A stretch of 64,000 bases of DNA from a virus (IMGVR_UViG_3300010052_000153:1-64000); one strand, 5' to 3'. Shown: positions 37,469-46,210, counted from the first letter of the stretch. A program made the numbers and translations. Notes: generated from the letters alone by a model not told the origin.

Positions 37469-37545
37469 TGGTTGCGGGGGTCGGATTTGAACCGACGACC
37501 TCCAGCTTATGAGGCTGGCGAGCTACCGGGCTGCTCTACCCCGCA
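37469..37545 (-). tRNA. tRNA-Met(CAU), initiator-like scaffold
   Basis: TGCGGGGTAGAGCAGCCCGGTAGCTCG CCAGC CTCATAA GCTGG AGGTC GTCGG TTCAAAT CCGAC CCCCGCA ACCA. Confidence 0.9.
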
Positions 37546-37554
37546 TCATGCAAT

Positions 37555-37644
37555 TGGTGGGCTTCCAAGGATTCGAACCTCACGGCACCGACCCGGCTTA
37601 TATCTAGCCATCCGGGTTACAGCCGGACGCCGGGAAAGAAGCCC
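37555..37644 (-). tRNA. tRNA-Tyr(GUA)-like RNA lacking a D-arm
   Basis: Acceptor GGGCTTC/GAAGCCC-A-CCA; anticodon arm TCCGG-CTGTAAC-CCGGA; T-loop TTCGAAT; only 10 nt between acceptor and anticodon arms. Confidence 0.55.
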
Positions 37645-38027
37645 ATAGCGCCGCCTTTGCAACCGCCGATGAATTGTTAGGGCCTTGCACCCCTATGTTC
37701 GGACGTCCTATCGCTTCACGTCTAAGCTTGGCCTGTCGGCCAAAAGGTGCCCGGCCATCAACCTTTCGGGAAGCCGGGCAAAGCACCCGTCAGCGCGTCG
37801 GAGAACCACGCGACAGGTGTGGACCGCGCCGGGCGCGGGACAATAGCGCCGGCAGTCGCTTGCCTATTATCCGCTCGCCGGGCGGGGCTATTTAGTTACC
37901 CCGCGCTGGGCGGGGTCGGTCGTCTTGAATGGCAGCGACGCACCGAACTGTGAAAGGGGTTGGCTGTCTTTTGGACATTGTCCGTGCCCTTCCCAAAGTT
38001 CGAAGCAAACTGGTTATACCCACCCTG

Positions 38028-38765
38028 TTAAGCCGCTAAGTCATTCCGCGTGACTTCGCCGATAGTGTCGCGCACCGTCACCAGCGCCATATGGATGATG
38101 GCCCGACCTGCGCCCATCGCACCCGCCCTGTTGTTGATGCCGGCGGCATTGCCCACTTCCTGAAGCGTCGCGCCGTCGATGCACGCCATTTCGAAAGGTT
38201 CGCACAGATGACCTAACTTGGCCTGCACGCGCGCAAGCTTCGCCTTGGCATCAATCATGTCGTTGACCGGCTTGTCTCCGTCCCATGCTTTCGGAACACG
38301 CACCGAGTTACGATTGGTGTCGGTTGCGTCATCAACAAAGGGCGGAACCTTCACTGTCGGTGGGATATTGACACCCGCAGCCGTCGACTGCCTCGCGTGC
38401 TTGTAGACGATGCGGCCATCTGGCTTGACGTAGGTGTGGCGGTCGACGGCCATTCCATCGCCCAGGCTGACACCTTTGCCACCAAGCAGCGCCTCGGACT
38501 TTGCCTGCTCATATACCCGTCGATACGCCATCGCATACTTGAGCAGTTCGGTGTTGCCTTCGGCGAGCAGAGCTTTCGCCAGTGGCCAATCGATATTGTC
38601 GTTCGCTGCAGATCCGTTCCACTCGGCGCCGAACGACGCACGAGCGCCGAGACGCTTGCGCTGAGCCGCGCAGGCTGCCCGTTCGTGTCTCTGGTAGTCT
38701 TCGCGCGACATCCTGGCCACGGCCATCCGGCCGTTGTCATTGGCAGCCTGCATAGGTCTAGGCAT
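38028..38765 (-). CDS. Putative late-gene activator/antiterminator (C-terminal HTH)
   Basis: Q-like position upstream of tRNAs and packaging genes; IDGATLQEVG HTH; two AANDN motifs; ends LAA; start may be 38753. Confidence 0.5.
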   Translation of the reverse strand: MPRPMQAANDNGRMAVARMSREDYQRHERAACAAQRKRLGARASFGAEWNGSAANDNIDWPLAKALLAEGNTELLKYAMAYRRVYEQAKSEALLGGKGVSLGDGMAVDRHTYVKPDGRIVYKHARQSTAAGVNIPPTVKVPPFVDDATDTNRNSVRVPKAWDGDKPVNDMIDAKAKLARVQAKLGHLCEPFEMACIDGATLQEVGNAAGINNRAGAMGAGRAIIHMALVTVRDTIGEVTRNDLAA

Positions 38766-38803
38766 TCCTGTTTCGATGATGGTGATGCATGAATTGTCGC
38801 CAT

Positions 38804-39313
38804 TCAGGCGACGGACGTCGAGGGCGATGATGAATTATCGTTGGATGTTATCCACGTGCGCACGAGCCGTTCCGCTTGATCGGCGGCATCAGAACGGTTG
38901 ATGGCGCGAACAACGGCGACAGTGTGACCCAAGGATTTTAGTGCACGATGGCGAGTGACCTGGCTCGGCAGAAGGGCGGCTTCGCCTACCTTGTTCTCAA
39001 TGAAGGCCACACGGGCGCCCAGCAGATAGACACGGACGTCGGGCTCACCCGCGGTCATTCCGGCAGCTATCGCTTGCGACCTCGCCTTGGGTCCACGACG
39101 TGCCGCATTCTGATCACCGGCGAGGAGGAACGTCTTGCCGTGTTCCGGCATCGCACGCAGCCGCTTGATCTGCTCGGCCTGCAACTCCCATTCCTCTGGC
39201 AGCGCCGGCTTAGTGGTGACCTTGCCGTTGGGGTTGGTTGTGATGGTGGTACGAACGCCGTTGACGCGGACGGTCTGCTGCGTGCGTCGGGTCGACGATT
39301 TGCGGTAGGGCAT
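38804..39313 (-). CDS. VRR-NUC/PD-(D/E)XK nuclease (resolvase-like)
   Basis: E.ELQ, G...G.PD, FIENK and Q...H..L..LG..V.VVR motifs; start ATG 39313. Confidence 0.75.
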   Translation of the reverse strand: MPYRKSSTRRTQQTVRVNGVRTTITTNPNGKVTTKPALPEEWELQAEQIKRLRAMPEHGKTFLLAGDQNAARRGPKARSQAIAAGMTAGEPDVRVYLLGARVAFIENKVGEAALLPSQVTRHRALKSLGHTVAVVRAINRSDAADQAERLVRTWITSNDNSSSPSTSVA

Positions 39314-39349
39314 TGGGTGTCTTTCCGAATGCGATTTATAAGGTGGGCT

Positions 39350-39640
39350 TTCGGAAAGTCTGAAAGTCTGGATCGACATTCGTTCCGGAAAGTCTGAAAG
39401 GCGAAACCGGCATCCTTTCCAGAAAGTCGACTTTCTGATTTTTTAGCAGGAGAAAGTGTCGGAAAATCCTATAGGGGAATTTCCGACTTTCTACCTTTCG
39501 AGACTTTCCGACTTTCGCGAGATTTTCCGGGAGACTTTCGAAAGTCGACTTTCCGACTTTCCGGAGACTTTCGGGGAGACTTTCGAAAGTCTCTAAGCGA
39601 GACTTTCCGACTTTCCGGAGACTTTCTTAGAGACTTTCCG
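39350..39640. repeat. Iteron-like GACTTTC/GAAAGTC repeat array, candidate replication origin
   Basis: About 13 GACTTTC and 6 inverted copies by hand count; palindromes GAAAGTCGACTTTC (39422, 39540) and GAGACTTTCGAAAGTCTC (39576); 26-bp direct repeat at 39547 and 39601. Confidence 0.75.
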
Positions 39641-39809
39641 GGGCAGGATGGGTGAGGCAGGCGGGTGATTGGTGCCGATACTCGGGGACTAAAAAAGCGT
39701 ACCCCGAAGGTAACGACTGCATCTGGATATATAGGAAAATCGAACGCTCAAATCAAAGCTCGACAATAGCGGCGGGTAGCGGTGCGCTATGGCGGCACGC
39801 TGGGATCGG

Positions 39810-40094
39810 CTAAGACTTCGGCTCTTGCTGTGACGCTATCTCGGCGTCTCTGGATTGCTTACTCCCGCCCCTCGAGGCGCGCACCAATCGCGACCTGTCG
39901 AGATGTGCCCACTGCTCCCCCGACTTGACGGCGGACACAGTTCTAATCGACACGCCGTAATCTGCAGCGATCATTCTGTAGGGTCGTGGATCTTCAATGA
40001 TCGCGATTGCTTGTTTCTCGGAAAGGCGAGCGCCGGGGTGCAATTCCCCACCGCCAGAACGCTTCGGAGGCACGTTCTGCACCACGGTACGCAA
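39810..40094 (-). CDS. Stand-alone HTH resembling the C-terminus of phage HNH endonucleases
   Basis: GELHPGARLSE..., IAADYGVSIRTVSAVKSGEQWAHL; TTG start behind GAGG. Confidence 0.55.
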   Translation of the reverse strand: MRTVVQNVPPKRSGGGELHPGARLSEKQAIAIIEDPRPYRMIAADYGVSIRTVSAVKSGEQWAHLDRSRLVRASRGGSKQSRDAEIASQQEPKS

Positions 40095-40167
40095 AGCTGA
40101 TACCTCATTTTTTTGTGAAGCACGTCATGCGGCGCGCCTTGCCTTAGCATACGAGTCTCTGGGCATC

Positions 40168-40205
40168 AAAAAAGAAAAGAGCCGCCCCCTTTTCGGGGGC
40201 GGCTC
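40168..40205 (-). terminator. Strong Rho-independent terminator of the S-layer-like gene
   Basis: 11-bp stem gagccgccccc/gggggcggctc followed by TTTTCTTTTTT, 21 bp after the stop. Confidence 0.9.
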
Positions 40206-40226
40206 GTAGTCGTGTGGATGTACCGA

Positions 40227-43200
40227 TTAGATAAAGTCGGTAGCGTCGATCGTACCGGAGAAGCCGGTGATCTCAACCAAGCCTTCACCGGCGTCCAGCG
40301 TGCCGTCACCGTCCACGTCCTGGATGATCCAGGAGCGACCGAAGAGATCGCCAGCATTCGCGGTGATGATCTGCACGTCGTTGGCCGCAGCTGTAGCGAG
40401 CAGAGCGTCGATATCCGCAGTGAACGACGCCGCGCTGATGCCGCCCTGAGCCTCAGCAATGACCGCACCAATAGCGTTGGCGAAGTCAATGGTATCATCG
40501 TCGAAGTTCATGTCGGTGATGGTGTCGGTCGCTGCCGTCTGGGTAGCCAGAGTAGCACCGCCGCCAGCGAGCGAACCCGTCACATTGAACGTGTCGTCGC
40601 CTGCACCGCCAGTCAGAACGTCCGCACCAGCCCCACCGTTGATGGTGTCGTCGCCGCCACCGCCGATGATGGTATCGATGCCGCCGCCGCCCGTGATGTT
40701 CAGGCGGAGGAACGGATTGGTCACCTGGCTGGCATCGACTTCGAGCTGAGTCGTAGCCGCAGGAACGATCTCGTTGTCACGAGCTTCGATCGTCAGGGTC
40801 TCCTCAAGGCCAGCCGAAGCCGTCTGCGAGGTGTTTACCAGACGCTCAACCGTTGCATCATCGAGCTGCAGGACGGAAGTCTGGATCGCTGCAGTGTCGT
40901 TGGTGAACAGCAGCTTTCCGACGTTCGAGATGTTGGCAAGGTCGCCGACAGTCACGACAGCCGAATTGCGGACTTCGATGATGTCGAGGTTCGCAAGGTT
41001 CGACGGAGCGTTGCCTGCACCAAGGAACATGCCGCCATCAATCACGGCCATGCCATTGATGTTGGCGTCGGCCAGGATGAAGCGATCCGACTCGATCGTA
41101 GCACCTTCAGCACCATCGAAGGTGAAGCTGTGCTGTGCGTCGAGGCCGCGGGCGTCGATCGTGATACCGTTATTGGCGAAGCCAAGGCCAGTACCCGTAT
41201 CGTTGACACCGTCAGACAGGTCGTTGTCGTTGATGATGTTGACCACTCGGCCACCAGCGACATCAACGCCATTGCGGTTGATCATGTCGTTCGTGAGCAG
41301 AATGTTCTGAGCATTCTCGCCGTACTCGGTGTTGTCACCATCAGCGTCCTTGTCGTTGGCAGCAACGCCCACGCCAGCGAAACGGATGTACTCGAAGCCG
41401 GACACGTTGGTCCACTCCGACGCACCAAGGATCAGCTGCTTGCCATCGCCATCAAACAGGATGGTGTCAGTGCCTTCGCCAGCGGTGACAGTGTCGCTGA
41501 TCGTCAGACCGGCGGTGCTGTCATTACGCAGATCGAAGATGACCGTGTCGTTACCCTTGCCGAACAGCAGCGACTGTCCACCGCCAGGCTGCGCAGCGCC
41601 ATCGGCGTTGCGGAGAGTGTCGACGCGCAGAACGATGTCCCCGAGATAGGTAGAGCCATCGAACTTGGCGCCGCTGAAGCGGTCCATGTTCGGGCCGCTG
41701 GTTAGCACGTTCGCCGTATGACCAACGCCGCCGGCAGCATCGAACGGGCTCTGCGCGCTAGGATCATTGGCAAGGCCAGACTGATCCAGGTCGTAGGTGC
41801 CGCCGAAACCGCCGAAGCCGCCCGAGTCACGCGTATCGAAGTTCATGTAGGTGCCAGCAACACCACCGGTCAGCGTCAGCGTGCCGGTGATATCCGTCAA
41901 GCCACCGCCCTTGGCGTCGGTTGCGATTGCACCAGCGCCGAGCCGAACGGAGTTGGATTCCGAGTCGGTGTCGTTGATGGTGATGTTCTCAACGCCAGAA
42001 GTCTGGAGCTGAACGTTGAAGCGCGGGTCAGTGTTGATGCCCCGGTCTTCGTCATCAGCCTGATCAGTGATGTTCAGCTTGACAGTGTCGCTAGCCGTGT
42101 TGGTAGCCAACTGAGCAACGATGATGTTGCTGTCGATGCCATTGCTGCCAGTCGTGGAGTGCTGGACGGTGATCGCCTGAGCAAGCTCAGCCGACAGCTT
42201 CGTCAGGTGGGTGGTCAACTGCTCCGTCGCCGAAGTCCACGGACCGACGAAGTCCTGACCTTCGTTGCGGATCGTCACATCCTTGAGACCAGTGAAGAGC
42301 GACGTGTCAACCTTGATCAGGTCCGCAGCCGTGCCGAAGTCTTGGCCGCCACGAATGTCAAGATGCTCCAAGTTGGAGAAGCTGCCCTTGGTGACGCCAG
42401 CATAAACCTGCAGCGTATCCTCACCGCCGCCGCCGTCAACGACGTCACCGGCGCTATCTGCAACCGCCTGAAGACGGATGATGTCGTCCTGTGCTGTACC
42501 CGTAACCTTGAGGTCAACAGGGGCACCCGACGTGCCGTCCTTGGAGGCGCTGATTTCGTCGCCGATCGTAATATCGAGCGAGCCGGTGAGCGCAGAGGCA
42601 TTGATCTCGCTCAGCGAGCCAGCAACGTTGTCCAGACCGGCGCCGTGACGAATAGCCTCGAGCTGGCCCGACGGACGAACGACATCGTCAGTGGTTCCGA
42701 GGGCGAGGTCCTGGTCACCCGAAATATTGACAGTCCGAATGTCCTCGCCAGAAATGTAACCGACGGCGTTGGCCGAACCAGTCGACTTCAGGTTGAGGGT
42801 CTCGAAGCCCTGCGAACCGTTGCCGTCCACGAAGATGTCTTCGAGGGTGACGTTGTTCACAGTCAGGTTGGCAATATCGGTCTCGCCCTGAAGGGCCTTG
42901 TCCACGAAGAAGAAGTGAACGTGGCTATTCTCGTCGTTGGAGTCGGTAACCGACAGATTGATGCCAGAGGCAGGCGCCTCCTGAATGTTGTAGGCTTCGA
43001 ACAGGTTACCATCAACGCCACTAACGTTGATGTTCTTAACGCCCGTGGAATCCTGGAAATCCAGATAGCCGTCGAAGTTCAGGCGAACATCGACGTTAAC
43101 CGTCTCGACGCCCTTAAGGGTCGGGTTGATGTCGTTGTCGCCGGTGTCAGCGTCGTTGACGAAGGTGAAGTTCAGGGTCGGGTTGGTGCCCGTGCCGGTG

Positions 43201-43928
43201 AGAACGTCATCGTCGTTCAGCGTGTTGACCTGGTCGGTGCCGCCCGGGGTGAAGCCGCGCGCTGCGGTGAACACGTTGCCCGAAACGATGTCGGTGCCTT
43301 CGGTCAGACGGATGCCGGTATCCGGATCGTCCTGGTCGAAGTGCGTGCCATCAGCCGTCTCGATCGGCGTGAACACAGCGCCGTTGGTCGGCAGCTGGGC
43401 CGAACCGTCGTCGATGGCAGCGCGGAGATCGTTCACCGCATCGCCGAGACCAGCGTCTTCCGTGACGAGGATCTTGAGCAGCGAGGCGAGACCGACGATG
43501 GCAGCGCCATCCGGGCCAGCAACGCCGCGCTCGGCGGCAACGCGGGCATAAAAGTCCTGCGCTTCAGCGCGGGTGAAGAAGGCACGGCCTTCGGCAGTCT
43601 GATTTGCCGACGGAACGTAGGCGTCATAGATAGCGCCCAGCTTGTCCGACAGCGTCGCGGCGCCGGCCGTGATCGCCTGGAACTTGGCGAGAGCAGCCGG
43701 GTTGCCCTGAACCAACGCGTTGGTCAGGTTGATGAAGATGTTTTCCTGGTTGAACGTGATGCTCGGGTTGTTCGAGCCGAAGTTCGTCGACTTCGCGTTG
43801 TTGATCAGGAAGACGAAGCCGTCGATGGAGGGGACGCCTCCAAGCAGGACCTCATAAGCAGCAGCGATGCCCGAAAAGGCATCTTGGTTCGCGTCTACAA
43901 GCGCGTCCAATTCAGCTAGGGTTGCCAT
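40227..43928 (-). CDS. S-layer-like / RTX type I secretion substrate (RsaA/SapA-type architecture)
   Basis: 1233 aa, rich in G/D/N/T, no Cys, no signal peptide; helical N-terminal region; four tandem GGxGxDxUx nonapeptides near C-terminus; ends IDATDFI; AGGAG RBS. Confidence 0.8.
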   Translation of the reverse strand: MATLAELDALVDANQDAFSGIAAAYEVLLGGVPSIDGFVFLINNAKSTNFGSNNPSITFNQENIFINLTNALVQGNPAALAKFQAITAGAATLSDKLGAIYDAYVPSANQTAEGRAFFTRAEAQDFYARVAAERGVAGPDGAAIVGLASLLKILVTEDAGLGDAVNDLRAAIDDGSAQLPTNGAVFTPIETADGTHFDQDDPDTGIRLTEGTDIVSGNVFTAARGFTPGGTDQVNTLNDDDVLTGTGTNPTLNFTFVNDADTGDNDINPTLKGVETVNVDVRLNFDGYLDFQDSTGVKNINVSGVDGNLFEAYNIQEAPASGINLSVTDSNDENSHVHFFFVDKALQGETDIANLTVNNVTLEDIFVDGNGSQGFETLNLKSTGSANAVGYISGEDIRTVNISGDQDLALGTTDDVVRPSGQLEAIRHGAGLDNVAGSLSEINASALTGSLDITIGDEISASKDGTSGAPVDLKVTGTAQDDIIRLQAVADSAGDVVDGGGGEDTLQVYAGVTKGSFSNLEHLDIRGGQDFGTAADLIKVDTSLFTGLKDVTIRNEGQDFVGPWTSATEQLTTHLTKLSAELAQAITVQHSTTGSNGIDSNIIVAQLATNTASDTVKLNITDQADDEDRGINTDPRFNVQLQTSGVENITINDTDSESNSVRLGAGAIATDAKGGGLTDITGTLTLTGGVAGTYMNFDTRDSGGFGGFGGTYDLDQSGLANDPSAQSPFDAAGGVGHTANVLTSGPNMDRFSGAKFDGSTYLGDIVLRVDTLRNADGAAQPGGGQSLLFGKGNDTVIFDLRNDSTAGLTISDTVTAGEGTDTILFDGDGKQLILGASEWTNVSGFEYIRFAGVGVAANDKDADGDNTEYGENAQNILLTNDMINRNGVDVAGGRVVNIINDNDLSDGVNDTGTGLGFANNGITIDARGLDAQHSFTFDGAEGATIESDRFILADANINGMAVIDGGMFLGAGNAPSNLANLDIIEVRNSAVVTVGDLANISNVGKLLFTNDTAAIQTSVLQLDDATVERLVNTSQTASAGLEETLTIEARDNEIVPAATTQLEVDASQVTNPFLRLNITGGGGIDTIIGGGGDDTINGGAGADVLTGGAGDDTFNVTGSLAGGGATLATQTAATDTITDMNFDDDTIDFANAIGAVIAEAQGGISAASFTADIDALLATAAANDVQIITANAGDLFGRSWIIQDVDGDGTLDAGEGLVEITGFSGTIDATDFI

Positions 43929-43956
43929 ATTTTCTCCTCGAGGAATGGAATCCTGC

Positions 43957-44053
43957 CGGTAACGACTCTGTCATTACCGACTGGTGCTTGTTTAGACGCT
44001 CCGAAAGTGACGTGTCAATCGCTCTTGACAGAAAAAAGTGCTGCTCTTAGGTT
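43957..44053. promoter_or_regulatory. Back-to-back sigma70-type promoters plus 5' leader hairpin
   Basis: TGTCAA-N6-TTGACA (44013-44030) gives a perfect -35 on both strands; + strand TAGGTT 17 nt downstream; inverted repeat CGGTAACGAC-TCT-GTCATTACCG at 43957-43979. Confidence 0.6.
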
Positions 44054-44097
44054 TGCTGTACACACCGCCTGCAGCGGGCGGCGAGAGAGCAACCAAT

Positions 44098-44427
44098 ATG
44101 GCAATCTATCAACAAAAACGTGATGACCCCGAGTCTGCGCAGTTGCGTAGGGATGGTGGCGCTTGGCTGAAGACAATGCGCGAGAAGGCTGGCCACACGC
44201 AACGATCGTTTGCTGCCGTCGTCGGCGCCGACTATTACACCTTCATCTCCCAGATTGAGAACGGTCGCGGGCGCGTCCCACCGGAGCGTTACGGAGTTTG
44301 GGCCGATGCGCTTGGCATGGATCGCCGGGAATTTATGAGGCGGTTGATGCGCTTCTACGATCCCCACGCATATGAGATGTTGTTCGCACCTGTGGTTGCG
44401 AACTCGGGATCGACGAAGGCTGAATAG
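44098..44427 (+). CDS. XRE-family HTH transcriptional regulator
   Basis: G.WLK.MRE.AG.TQR.FA..VG..YYTFISQIENGRGRVPP; divergent from S-layer-like gene. Confidence 0.85.
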   Translation: MAIYQQKRDDPESAQLRRDGGAWLKTMREKAGHTQRSFAAVVGADYYTFISQIENGRGRVPPERYGVWADALGMDRREFMRRLMRFYDPHAYEMLFAPVVANSGSTKAE

Positions 44428-44561
44428 CCGCAATTCATTGGGTTGAAGCAGGCTGCGCGTTCCAGAATGCGAGCCGTCCGCAGCTCGCTCCGCATTACGT
44501 CGGCTTGGCGGAAGCCCTGCATCGAAGGCTCCGCAGTCATGCGCTAGATGCCTGCCGGGGT

Positions 44562-44786
44562 TTATTCCGCCGTCATCAAATTACGCGACCAGAGAACCAT
44601 ACCAGTTTGCTCTGACAGCGTGGCGCGATTTGCCCGGTCTCTGCCCGGCGTGCCGGCAATTTCAGCCTTAGCACGCTCCAAAGCCTGCTGGAACGTCGCA
44701 ACGACGAACTCATTTGACCTAGCTACGGTCACAAGCGGCTCACCATTCTCGCCACCAGCCCCGATCCTGAATATGTATGTGGGCAT
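44562..44786 (-). CDS. Hypothetical small protein
   Basis: MPTYIFRI start behind GAGAGG. Confidence 0.5.
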   Translation of the reverse strand: MPTYIFRIGAGGENGEPLVTVARSNEFVVATFQQALERAKAEIAGTPGRDRANRATLSEQTGMVLWSRNLMTAE

Positions 44787-44957
44787 GGTAACCTCTCTAG
44801 ATCCATCGACCATATAGGTGTGGCAGTCGGACAACGACAAGCCAGACGTAGCATTTTCAAACCGACAAAAGTGCCTCGATTACATATTGAAGGCCAATGC
44901 CTCCATTTCGCCCCGTGTTGGCGATAGCCCGGATCGGCCATTCAACAGGAGGATGAG

Positions 44958-45326
44958 ATGCTCAGGTCGCTTCGTGCGCTAATGGTTTTCACCGTTCTTG
45001 CTTCGCCTGCCTTGGGCGCAGAACTAGATGATCACTATCAGCTAGAGGGAGCGAATCCTGGAGGGACCGGAAAATACCGCGGAAGCGTCCAGATCAGGGA
45101 AACTGGTGAGACCTACCAGGTGGCATGGACGATAGGGAATCAACAGTACGCCGGAACGGGCGTGCTCCAGGGTGATACTTTCTCCATAGTCTTTCAGCCG
45201 CGGAAGGGATCTGCCGGCATCGCCGTCTACAAGCTTAAGGGTGATGGCACGCTCGAGGGATCGTGGGCAAATCTCGCCGGCACTAAACTCGGTGCCGAGA
45301 TATGGCGGCCAGACCAAGGGTTGTAG
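44958..45326 (+). CDS. Secreted small beta-barrel protein
   Basis: Signal peptide ending ALG-A; Y..EG.NP.G..Y.G.V.I...G.TY...W.IG pattern; AGGAGG RBS. Confidence 0.75.
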   Translation: MLRSLRALMVFTVLASPALGAELDDHYQLEGANPGGTGKYRGSVQIRETGETYQVAWTIGNQQYAGTGVLQGDTFSIVFQPRKGSAGIAVYKLKGDGTLEGSWANLAGTKLGAEIWRPDQGL

Positions 45327-45375
45327 GACGACTATTTCAGGCGCTCGTGCAACGTAAGTCTTTCTTCTAACGGCC

Positions 45376-45636
45376 TTAGTCCATGTCCGGAACAGAGCCC
45401 GCCTGAAACAGCACGATGGGCTCGCCGTATTCCCCGATCTTCGGGTTGGCCTCACGCGACCACGCAATGACGCCGGCGTGCTTGCTGGCCAGCCCCTGCG
45501 CCGTGCGAATGGCGCGGTCCTCAGTCTGCTGCTCGGCCGGCCCGAATGCGGCCTGTAACTCGCCGTCTTCGTCCCTGTCGAACGCAGTCACGACGATCAG
45601 CTTCGGCATTTTCGGGGTGGGGAGAATGCTCGCCAT
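45376..45636 (-). CDS. Conserved rhizobial-type hypothetical protein
   Basis: KLIVVTAFDRDEDGEL...; AAGGAG RBS. Confidence 0.65.
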   Translation of the reverse strand: MASILPTPKMPKLIVVTAFDRDEDGELQAAFGPAEQQTEDRAIRTAQGLASKHAGVIAWSREANPKIGEYGEPIVLFQAGSVPDMD

Positions 45637-45656
45637 GGTACGCGCTCCTTCTTGCG

Positions 45657-45839
45657 TCACTCGGGCTTGTGTTCGGTGCAAAACCAGATCGTGTCTTTGA
45701 CGCTGTGACGGGGGAAGCCCCATGCTCCCCATCTGCCACAGCCAGGATGCTCGCAGTCGTGGAGGTACAGCCCGGTGGGTACGCGCCGCAGTTCTACCGT
45801 CTCACCTTCAGCCAGTGGCCGCGGCGCCTCATCACTCAA
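45657..45839 (-). CDS. Small Cys/His (Zn-binding-like) protein
   Basis: CEHPGC..WG.WG....WFC.EH. Confidence 0.65.
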   Translation of the reverse strand: MSDEAPRPLAEGETVELRRVPTGLYLHDCEHPGCGRWGAWGFPRHSVKDTIWFCTEHKPE

Positions 45840-46210
45840 TTCAGCCGCCCCGTGTCCTCATTGCTAACCCGGGCTAGGGCGCGCTCCAGCAGCCACGGCA
45901 GTTCGAACGGACTGGCGACATAAACGAACTCCTCGCCATCCAGGATGGCGAGGAGGAACTCGCTTTCGACATTCGGGCCATCCGCCGCCGGAAGCGGCGC
46001 GAACCAGACCGGCGCGGTCACGTCCTTGTCTTTCCATCCTATCTGCTCGAAGAGGTCGGATGCCTCCGTCAAACGGTCGGCGATATCGGAGCGGATGCTC
46101 TCCAGATACTCCTCCCCATTGTCGATCTCGAAATAGCTTTCGAGAAGCGTTTTGGCATCGAGCCAGCCGTTCAGGAAGAAATGCCGGACCTTGTATGCGT
46201 AGAGGGTCAT
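45836..46210 (-). CDS. Hypothetical acidic protein
   Basis: ATG 46210 overlaps SRAP stop (ATGA). Confidence 0.6.
   Translation of the reverse strand: MTLYAYKVRHFFLNGWLDAKTLLESYFEIDNGEEYLESIRSDIADRLTEASDLFEQIGWKDKDVTAPVWFAPLPAADGPNVESEFLLAILDGEEFVYVASPFELPWLLERALARVSNEDTGRLN

Noticed and set aside
37100-38020. A tmRNA gene or fragment as the source of the ANDN tags
   Set aside because: No tag reading frame or tmRNA-like ends recognised by eye. Tag codons differ between genes, arguing against recent copying; an ARAGORN/Infernal run is needed to exclude it fully.
39350-39640. CRISPR array or DGR template interpretation of the repeats
   Set aside because: 7-bp units, irregular short spacing, both orientations; no cas operon or reverse transcriptase in the window. 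The Cas4-like gene sits in a recombination module.
40212-43919. Two long plus-strand ORFs (497 and 733 aa) antisense to the S-layer-like gene
   Set aside because: They are in register with the real gene. Avoidance of TTA/CTA/TCA codons removes antisense stops; there is no RBS or recognisable domain.
44355-44580. 61-aa ORF starting MTAE just after a gene ending MTAE
   Set aside because: Only a 12-nt imperfect similarity; the ORF runs antisense into the XRE gene and has no clear RBS
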